From NCBI RefSeq assembly GCF_006345805.1, contig NC_043012.1:52886001-52950000 (forward strand): a stretch of 64,000 nucleotides of DNA. Reading direction: 5' to 3'. The translations under genes and the position numbers were made by a program. Position 1 is the first letter of the stretch; each line of letters begins with the position of its first letter. Shown here piece after piece: positions 53,572 to 64,000 of the stretch. The notes under the pieces were generated by a model. The model had not been told where the DNA came from, did not search any database, and was given only the letters and a program-made list of their open reading frames with translations. Source of the stretch: Octopus sinensis (Eukaryota).

Positions 53572-54096
53572 CCTTTCTACTTTAGGAACAAGGTCTGAAA
53601 TTTGGTGGGAGGGGATAAGTCAATCATATTGACACCAGTGTTTCACTGGTACTGAATTTATCGACGCTGAAAGAATGAAAGGCAAAGTTGATTTCAGTGG
53701 AATTTGAACTCAGAATGTAGCAGTAGACGAAATACCACTATGCATTTCGCCCAGCATGCTAACAATTCTGCCAGCTTGTCACCTTAATAATAATAATAAT
53801 AATAAAAGAAGAAGAAGAAGAAGAAGAAGAAGAAGAAGAAGAATGAGGATAATGATAATAATAATGATAATCCTTTGTACTATAGGCACAAGGTGTGAAA
53901 ATCTAGTGGTGGGGATTAATCAATTACATCAGCCCCAGTTTTCCAATGGTACACTATTTTATAATTTTATTCATCCTGAAAGCATGAGAGGCAAAGTCAA
54001 CCACAACAGAATTCAAACTCTGAATGGAATGAGTCAAGAAATACTACAAAGCATTTTTTCCCCAATGTTCTAGCAGTGCTGTCAGCTCACCGCCTT
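53325..54096 (-). mobile_element. Three head-to-tail SINE family 2 copies separated by AAT tails
   Basis: Copies at about 53325-53527, 53570-53787 and 53870-54096, each ending cgccttaataat... on the + strand. Confidence 0.82.
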
Positions 54097-54450
<354 letters not shown>

Positions 54451-56317
54451 AGATTTGAACAAAAATGAACATTGACAAAGACAAAAGAAAATCTTGGAAA
54501 GAAGTTGTACAGTGAAAATGAAGAAGGAAAAAGAAAAGTGAAGCAAAAAGAGAGGAAGACAAGTTTTTGCTTCGGAGGAAAACAAACAGATGTAAGTGAA
54601 AGAGACAAAATGCAATTTTTGTGACATTAAAGTAAAATTTGACCTATGAGAGAGTGGAAAGAGCATGATTGAATTGCAATGAGGGATAAAAGAGGAAATT
54701 ACTACAATTACCTTTTGTATTATTACATCGAAATAAAACAAAAGAGAAATTGAAAAAAAAAACCCCAAAAAAAAACAGAGAAGAAACAATGAAATAAAAA
54801 TGAAAATGAAAAATGAAATAAAATATAACAATGGTGGGAGGATGCTGGCTGGCTGGTTGGATGGATGGATGGATGGTTGGATGGATGGTTGGTTGGTTGG
54901 AACCGAATGAAGTAACTTACGTAAATGTCAAGAAAATGTTACGTAAAAACATAAAAGAAAAGAAAGACAAGCAAAAACAAAAAAAAAACGCTAAAAAAGA
55001 AAAGAAAGACAAGCAAAAACAAAGCAAACCGACTTATTTTCATTGAATCAGACAGTGTTTACAGAAAACTCTTGGAACTATTTAACGTATTTTAATAAGG
55101 AGACATTTAGTAACGTAGAATGTGTTGTAGTTGTTGTTGTTGGTGCTACAGCTTAGCCCCATCTCGACCCCTTCACTGCCATTTCTCTGGATCAGCCCTT
55201 GACATCAAACAAACGGCTGATCATCATGAGACATTCCAATTTTGACTGTCATGTCTTTATTTGTTTTTGGCTGCATTTTCTTTGTTTTTTTTTTTGTTTT
55301 TGAGGTATAATATATCTACACTCACATTATCTAACGTGACCTTTCCTGGTTTTTTAAAGTGTGACCGAAGGAGATGTAGCTGTTATCTCCAACATATTGA
55401 ACTACCACAGAGAGGCTCCTTCATAGGCTCAAAGTAAAATGTAGCTCCACTAAGGCCATGTTGGCTAACAACCCTGCATATTAGAAGTTTGGAGATAACA
55501 GCAGTGTTGTTATTGCTGCTGCTGCTGCTACCACAGTGCTTAGTAAACTCTAACAACAAGCAGACCTATAATTAAAGTCACTGTAGCTGAGACAAGATTT
55601 TTCAACCAGAGTGTATCTATGGCTACACTGTGCAATAAACCCTTCAACTTATTTTTCAAAAAGGCAGAGTTTGCCTTGACTGAAATTTCACAGCTATTTC
55701 CAGCAGATCATGCAACTATGTAGAGGTGCCCTCATTGGCTAGTAATTGTTGCTGCTTCACTCCAACTTAGCCTTGATGAAGAGGGCCTATGTTCATGACA
55801 GTTTTTTTTTTTTAATTCACAGACTGTAACTGAGACTAAACTATCCTATGCATACAATTCCTTTAAGATGTAGATGTGTATTTTGAGACAGACTTGGCTG
55901 TTGTTTCAAGCTAGTTGATTGACTTCATAGGGGTTACATTGTCAACTTGAAACGTCAAATAGTAAGAAAGTTAGGTAGTGAGAACAACTGATGGTAAAGT
56001 ACTGGTGTTATAGAAAATAAAGTACATAGTGAGTAGTGTGATACTAACAACATTAAAAGCCAGGTAATCAGGTCCTGATATGAGGGTGGAATATTATATA
56101 TAGTCAGTTTCTAGAATCCCAGTAGCGAGTACAGTACTGGGCTGATGATATTAATAACCAAACAGTGGAACCAGGCAAGAGGTACTGAAAGTACTAAAAT
56201 ACTGTATTTAGAAAATTAATATTAGAATAGCCACATCAAGGTAGACATACTGAAAGTTCCGGTAATGTGAACTGGACAATAATGGTGCAATGACAGTGAG
56301 GTACTGTCACTTGTGAA

Positions 56318-56670
56318 GGTGCATGACTCAGTGGTTAGAGTGTCAAGCTTACGATTGTGAGGTTGTGAGTTCGATTCCTGGACTGGGCTGCATGTTGTGT
56401 TCTTGAGCAAGACACTTTATTTCACATTGCTCCAGTTCACTCAGCTGTAGACATGAGTTGCGACGTCACTGGTGCCAAGCTGTATCGGCCTTTGACTTTC
56501 TCTTGGATAGCATCGGTGGAGTGGAAAGGGGAGGCTGGAATGCATGGTCGACTGCTGGTCTTCCATAAAATAAACAATCCTAGGTTGTGCATTCGCCAGT
56601 GAGGCAACATTCCACCCAGACTTGTACCCCAAAGGGGAACCTCTAAGTCATGGTCATTCATGACTGACAG
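56318..56670 (+). mobile_element. SINE family 4 variant with a different 3' body
   Basis: Same tRNA head and CORE-like domain, then ggtgccaagctgtatcggcc...ggtcattcatgact. Inverse copy at 36062-36381. Confidence 0.85.
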
Positions 56671-57838
56671 AGTCAAGTGTTTTGTTGTCACTTGTGGTGT
56701 TGAAAAACCAACTGAACTTCATTGAGGCACTGACAGTGTTGAAGTAGCAACAACAATAGTAAGGTAGTAACAGTACTTGCTGGTGAAGTACCAATGCCAA
56801 AAGAACAGTAAGGTAGTGACAGTGCTAGCGTTGAAATACTAACAACACTACATCAAGATTCTGAAAGTACTAGTCTAGTGGGTACCTCTAAACTAATGTC
56901 CGTACATTCCTTCTAGTCATCATCATATCATCATTTAACATGTTTTTCCCATGCTGACATGGGATGGATGGGGTGGAATTGATGAGAAGCTGGCCAGCCA
57001 GAGGGCTGCACCATGCACCTGTCATCTGTTTTGGCATGATTTCTATGGCTGAATGCCATTTCCAATGCCAACCACTTTACAGAGTCTACTGGGTGCTTTT
57101 ATGTGGTGCCTGTATGGGTGCATCTTATTTAGTACTGGCCCGAGTATTATCACAGTGCAGTGACATTAACAACAACAACCTCTGTTGAAGCCTTATGAAA
57201 AAAAAAAACACTGCCAAGAAGGTACTGACACTAGTTTTGGGGTACTAACAACACCATGATGGATGCTCCTCAACATGTTTGAACAACTCAATGATCTACT
57301 CCTTTAATTAACATGTGAAGTTGCTGCATGTTTCACAGACATGTGTGTTCATAACATAATACTCAAACACAGGAATCCATATGGTTTCTGTCTAAACTAT
57401 TTTAGACACAGGGCTTTGTGTAACCCAATGTTTTGACAAAGATATTTACCCAAGACGCTACATAGGGGAGGGAGTCAGCCTAGGCTAATTTCTAAAACAA
57501 AATCCAAGTGAGGTACTAACAGTAGCTGAATTGAGGTGGTGTGATAACTAACAATGAGGTAAGCAAAAAATTAAAAGATGAACTAATCGAGGGTTCTTAT
57601 ATATCTCCATGATGACAGGCATTCAAAACAAGGCCTTAACACTTCAGCATTCAAACCAGTCATATCCCACCCAAGTATTCTACCTGTTTTATGTTCAAAC
57701 TTGCCAGATCCGACCTCTTGCACCGACCCCATCATGTCATTCTAAAAGTAAACAATAGCATCATTGAAACCCCCAAAGCCATGACATGATGCATGATTAA
57801 TTCAAAGCAATCAATCAAGATGACACCAAGTGTCTTAA

Positions 57839-58058
57839 CCCTTTTGTTACTGTATTTATTTTGAGATGCTCTGTGTTTCTTTCAATTATCTTAAATATAA
57901 CAAAGAATTTAGTAAATTAACTTAGTAATCATTAAGCTAGTGTTAGAAACATAAATTGTGACAAAGGTTTGGTGGAAGATTTTAATTCAAAACTTATAAA
58001 AACAAGACTTTTGTACTCAGAGCCAGAGCTGGTTTCAGCTGGGATGGTAACAAAAGGG
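57839..58058. mobile_element. piggyBac-type MITE
   Basis: Perfect 12-bp TIR cccttttgttac / gtaacaaaaggg flanked on both sides by TTAA (57835-38 and 58059-62). Confidence 0.85.
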
Positions 58059-58709
58059 TTAAGGGTCCAACAACGAGACAGAATGAGGCAAAGTAATATA
58101 CAATGTTTACTGTGCTTTATTTTTTTCGAAAACCACACACACCATAATGCCAAGAACATGACACGAACCGTGAAACCCGAGACAAATGATGACCAGTGTT
58201 GGCAGCTTAACCACAGGGCCGGTTGTTATTGTGAATCTAGTAAACAGTACTTAGTAAACTGTTTTTAACAGATGAACATTATCACAGTGAAATTACTGAG
58301 AAACAAGAAGAAGAGAAAAGAGGTGGGGTGGGGGTGGGGGGGGGGGGGGGGGAATGAGTAAAAATATCAACAACAAAAATAAAATATAGAAGAAAACACA
58401 CTCGCATACACTCACACAGACGCAGACACATGCACACGCACATACATACACAACCTAGAGACATTCAGATAAGGAACAGAAAAATAATCTTTGAAAACAG
58501 TCTTTGCCTCCCAAGATATCAGAAATAAGATTTTGCAAAAAAAATAAATAATAAACAAAAATAAAAATAAAAAACAAAAAAACAAATAACAACAATAATA
58601 ATGGTATAATAATAAAAATAACTAATAATAATAACGATAATAACAATAATAATGATAATAATTAAATGCTATGAAAAGTAATGGTTATATATATAAAGAA
58701 AATGATAAC

Positions 58710-58745
<36 letters not shown>

Positions 58746-59004
58746 TAAATCATATGAAAAGTAATGGTTTTATATATATACACATATATATATATATATA
58801 TTTATATACGAAGAAAATAATAATAATAATAATAACTCTAAAAGATGAATTTCTATATATTTCTTCATCATAACTCACTTACGTGTCTGAACCAGGTTTA
58901 TAGAATGTTAACTAATTTTTTTTATGATTGTTATTATTAATTCTCAACATTTTGGGGTTTATTTCGTTTTTGCTTTTATATTTGTTTATCTATATTATTA
59001 TTGA

Positions 59005-59049
<45 letters not shown>

Positions 59050-59883
59050 GCTTGTTGTTGTTTTCATGTCTAGTATGATGTTAATGTTTTTAACAAATAG
59101 CAAAGCAATACGATTTTGGCCCTCAGATCATACGAGATTTGATTTGATTTGATTTTGTTCTTTTTTTTTCAGTTTTTTTTTTTTTAATAGTAATATATTT
59201 GTGTATATTTTGGAGGGTTTCTGAAGTTATTTTTGCATTACTTTTCAAACTCAGCTTGATCTATAAGAAGATTCCAGAAGGTCATAGGTGGCCCCCTAAA
59301 AAAAAAATACCAAAGGAATGAATAAAGAAAAAGGAAATGAAAAGTAACGCCATGGTCCTACAAGAAAGTTGAGGTTTCTGCTGAGAAATGCCCAACCTCT
59401 GTAAATACCAAATATCTTTTGAGAGAGAGAATGTGTGTTCATGTTAGCCTAAAAATTTATGTCAACTGCAGATAATATACATGAGCAAATATATGTGTGT
59501 GTATATGTGTATTACATATGTAAAATGTGTGCATGTATGTATATCTATCTTTCTCTATATATATGCACACACACACACACAGACAAACATGCACATACAT
59601 GTATGTATTATAATATATAATACACATATATATGTGTGTGTATGTTTGTGTGTGTAGATAGATTTATATATATATATACGTATGTTGATGCAAACAGGAA
59701 AAATAGAACTCAGAATACAAGTATATGTATATTTTTATTAATTTTTAGCAGAAGTAACAGTGACTCAAGATCTGAGAGTTTCATGGAGTTTGGTAAGAAC
59801 GAACATATGAAACTTTCAGGCTTTGAGTCACTCTGTTACTTCGGCTAAACATTAAGAAAACAAAATACATATATATACATATA

Positions 59884-60267
59884 TTCTTTTATTTGTTTCA
59901 GTCATTTGACTGTGGCCATGCTGGAGCACCGCCTTTAGTCGAACAAATCAACCCCAGTACTTATTCTTTGTAAGCTTAGTACTTATTCTATCGGTCTTTT
60001 GCCAAACTGCTAGGTTACAGGGACGTGAACACACCAACATCGGTTGTCAAGCGATGGTGGGGGTCAAACACAGACACATACACACACATATATACATATG
60101 TATACACGATGGGCTTCTTTCAGTTTCCGTCTGCGAAATCCACTCACAAAGCTTTGGTCAGCCCAAGGCTATAGTAGAAGACACTTGCCCAAAGTGACAC
60201 ACAGTGGGATTGAACATGGAACCATGTGGTTGGTAAGCAAGAAACTTACCACACAGCCACTCCTGTG

Positions 60268-60269
<2 letters not shown>
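59884..60269 (-). mobile_element. SINE family 1, full length
   Basis: Reverse complement copy, followed head-to-head by a degenerate + copy at 60343-60712. Confidence 0.88.
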
Positions 60270-60337
<68 letters not shown>

Positions 60338-61469
60338 GTATATAGGCACAAGTGTGGCAAGAAGTTTGCTTCTCAACCACATGGTTGCTGGTTCAGTCCT
60401 AATGTAGAGCACCTTGCGCAAGTGTCGTTTATAACACTGATCTAGTAGATGAAATTGAAATATTTATATGTATGTACGTATATATTATATATGCATCTAT
60501 GTGCGTATGTGTGTTTTTGCACATGTCCCACATCACCACTTGACAACTAAGTTGATTTGTTTACCTCTGCATAACTAAGCAGTTTGGCAAGACAGATTGA
60601 ACAAGTAATAGATTTAGAAAGAACATAAGTATTTGGGGCAATATATTCCACTAAACTGTTTCAAGCAAGTGTAGCAGTATGGCTACAGTTCAATAACTGA
60701 AACAAGTTACATACACATACACACATATTCATGTAATGTAATGTCTAGTACGTTCGAATGTATTTGGATGCAGTAAAGCCTTTCACTGCAGAAATATTCC
60801 CAGGAGAAAATTCTCCACTTTGACTTACATTAAAAGAACTTATATTGCGTCCTGAGTGACATTATTGGATTGTAGGTTACATGCATTTCTGTATCATTCT
60901 GCTTCATCAGCTACAAAATCCCAACTCAGATACACAACACCTAATAAACATAGTAGGAATTTTATAAAAACAGCAAATGAGAATCTATGCAAGTTTAGGT
61001 GGAGAACATGAATTCTGATAAACTCACCTTCATATCATTTATTTATACACAACACAGCATAAGTCAGAAGAAAGGAAATGAATTTAAACCTTATAAAGAC
61101 TCATTGTAGATTCAATAAAAATGTAAACACATGCTTTCTATGTGACTGAAGTGCATGGACCAAGGGTGAGAGTCTCTTAAAAATGTTCCATGCTTTCTTG
61201 ACCAAGCCTCAAAAGAGATATACTCAGCTTCCTTCTCCAATCAATGACACAGATCAGAAATTCATCAAGGGGTCAGGAATTATGCTAGCACTATGATGGA
61301 AAGCCCAATTTGCATATTTGTAGTTTTAATGGTTTACCATTAATTAAAGAACATCTAATTATGCTTAACACAATGTAAATCAGAAGAACAGAAATAAATG
61401 TTAATCTTATACAACATCTGCATTCATTAAATTAAATACATTAAAATGTCATGTTTGTATGTGTGTGTT

Positions 61470-61511
<42 letters not shown>

Positions 61512-62029
61512 AACACACACACATATGCACATGCAGACTATAGAATTGTAAACAATTCGTGAATTTATTGCCCTCAATACAAATTAGATCTATTGAATGC
61601 TCTTTGCACAGAAATACATCACCAATATTTTTATGAATATTTACTGGAATATCATCCATTCCATAATTTACATTCTGTATCAGGAAGTGTTTGGATGCTG
61701 TCATCTGAAAAACTTCTACCCAGAAGTGTATTTGCCAGCAGTTGATGACATTTCAAAATAGTTTACCATGCTTTGTATTCTGATTGGTATTAACTACAAG
61801 TTTATGAGCATTCTAGCAAATTTCTATTCAATGATAATCTGTTGAATATCCTCACTTGTCTGTAGACACATAGATCTGTATCCATGGTTGTGTGTGTGTG
61901 TGCTTGCATATGCGCAGGTGTATGCATGTAATGGTTAAATTCTGAATGCTGCATGAAAATGTACATAGTTGCAGACAGTAGTAAATTTTGTTGTCAAAAC
62001 ACATACAGAAGACAATTCATTGGCTGTGT

Positions 62030-62345
62030 AAGGAATTACAACCGTGTTTCGTGGTCTGCTACCACAACAGCTCCTTTATAGAAACCAGTTGGCTCAAGAC
62101 ATCATCAGGAGGAACCACGTCCGGTTTCGAGCCCTACTCCTCTACCGTTTTGACGTGGCGGGGCCCCCCCTTTCAGAGGTGTCTTCAGCTCTGGTATTGG
62201 GTTCTTTCTTCTGTTCCCTGGCCTCTTCGATGTATCGTCAGCGAGTTTCAGCCGGTGACTGACTGAATTGTCAAATTTTTCCCTTTAAATACCTGCCGCT
62301 GGGCTCCAGCAGGCAGCCCCAGCAAGTTGTCACGAGACACTGTCT
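62030..62345 (-). mobile_element. GC-rich Penelope-like terminal repeat fragment (tentative)
   Basis: Abrupt GC/CpG-rich island. Minus strand has CTGATGA...CGAAAC and a gtggt/accac hairpin directly before GAAAC. Confidence 0.4.
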
Positions 62346-63039
62346 CACCTTAACGAACAGAATGAAAACTCCCTTGCTTGAAAAGCAGATATGGATTACG
62401 GAAAAGTTAGGCATCCCTCAATAATATGTATTGATCTACCTCATGGTAGCATGAAAAACAGGAGATAAAATGAACAAATAAAAACACATCCACACATATT
62501 TATCATTTAATGTGCACTGTATAAAGATACAAGCTACTTATTAAAAGGACTAGTATAACAAATATATGTGGTTGCCAGTTTACTCTGACTGCTGAGTTCT
62601 TAGATGACTATACACACACATAATTGGCACATTTGATTTTGTGAATAAATGCCTAAGTGGCAATCTGGATAAGCTAGGGTTTCCGGGAAATAAAATCAAA
62701 TAACTAATTCATATATTACAAATATAATCTGTAACTGGAAAAGAAAAATATGCAAGGCTTTTTTCTTGCTTTTGTTATCTACATTCCAATGACAGAACTT
62801 TTACATCTCTCTTGGAAACAATGTCAGGTGCATGCTTTTAAGAAATAAGATTAAAAGCAATGAGTAATAGTTACTGAAGCATGAGAGTAAGTACTACATA
62901 TTTTATTGAATGGGTAGGACTTCGAATTTTTGTTGGTAATTAATCCTCTATATAGCAAGTAATTGTCTGTGAAACTTCAAAATGACAGTGACCCTCTATT
63001 ACTGATGAATAACAATAATATTTATAATAATAACATACC

Positions 63040-63540
63040 CGTTGTGTGGCAACGTGGGCAAGTGTCTTCTACTGTAGCTTCGGGTCGACCAAAGCCTTGT
63101 GAGTGGTTTTGGTAGATGGAAGCTGAAAGAGGCCTATAGGCGCAGGTATGGCTGTGTGGTAAGAAACTTGCTTCCCAACCACATGGTTCCGGGTTCAGTC
63201 CCACTGCATGTGTCTTGGGCAAGTGTCTTCTACTGTAGCCTTTGGCCAACCAGAGCCATATGAGTGGATCTTGTAAACAGAAACTGAAAGAATCTCATCG
63301 TATATGTGTGTGTGTGTATTTGTGCATGTCCGTGTTTGTCCCCAAACCATTGCTTGACAACCGATGTTGGTGTGTTTACATCCCTGTAACTTAGCAGTTC
63401 AACAAAAGAACAGATAGATTAAGTACTAGGCTTACAAAGAATAAATCCTGGGGTCAATTTGCTCAACTAAGACGCTTCAAGGCAGTGCTGCAGCATGGCC
63501 ACAGTCAAATGGCTGAAACATAGTACAAAAAAAAAGAATA
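63040..63540 (+). mobile_element. SINE family 1: partial CORE segment followed by a full-length copy starting at about 63138
   Basis: The gggcaagtgtcttctactgtagc motif occurs twice; head aggcgcaggtatggctgtgtgg at 63138. Confidence 0.85.
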
Positions 63541-63874
63541 CAAATATATAATTGAGATATATATATGTATATAGTGGAGGTGCATGGCTCAGTGGTTAAG
63601 GTGTTGCACTCATGATTGCGAGATCGTGGTTTCAACTCCCAGACCAGGCGTTGTGTTGTGTTCTTGAGCAAATCACTTCATTCCACGTTGCTCTGCAATC
63701 ATTTCATCATCTGACATATGGTGCCCCTTGCAACTGTACAAGTAATGTCTATTTGATGGAGAGAGGGAACTTATGTGTACACAAACATTTGATCACTATA
63801 AACAAATTATCAGTGTGGTTGTTTGATAAAAACTTGTTGAACCCTTACATGTCGTCTAATGACAAGAAAGTCTG

Positions 63875-63931
<57 letters not shown>

Positions 63932-64000
63932 CAATGTACATTTTAACACGCTATTCCTTCTAGCGTGCCAGGTATCCCATGATAGATACCTCTTATGTGT

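Noticed and set aside
60830-61100. gtaagt and gtgagt minus-strand donors at about 60829 and 61028
   Set aside because: Upstream frames contain stops or acceptors are weak. They could be UTR exons but cannot be supported.

Overview
AT-rich, repeat-saturated eukaryotic DNA. The SINE families resemble the octopus tRNA-derived CORE-SINEs as I recall them, so an octopod cephalopod origin is inferred, not confirmed. Most of the window is intron-like: four abundant SINE families, decayed RTE and CR1-like LINE fragments, piggyBac/hAT/Helitron-like non-autonomous DNA elements, and long micro- and minisatellites. Nearly all long ORFs in the supplied track are microsatellite or SINE artefacts. A few small minus-strand exons with good splice sites point to a large multi-exon gene. 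The best two (51651-51727 and 49954-50045) join in frame to give a GAF-like peptide reminiscent of PDE2-type cyclic nucleotide phosphodiesterases, but the gene identity is uncertain. Three observations stand out. First, two unrelated short retroelements carry decayed minimal Penelope-type hammerhead ribozyme cores with the same unusual design, and one is a tRNA-headed SINE with an 11-bp TSD and an apparent internal inversion. Second, there is a unique ~118-nt hairpin at 59.74-59.86 kb (pre-miRNA or ADAR substrate candidate). Third, several long inverted repeats lie within the putative pre-mRNA. No CRISPR arrays, rRNA or intact tRNA genes were seen. Repeat boundaries are approximate.
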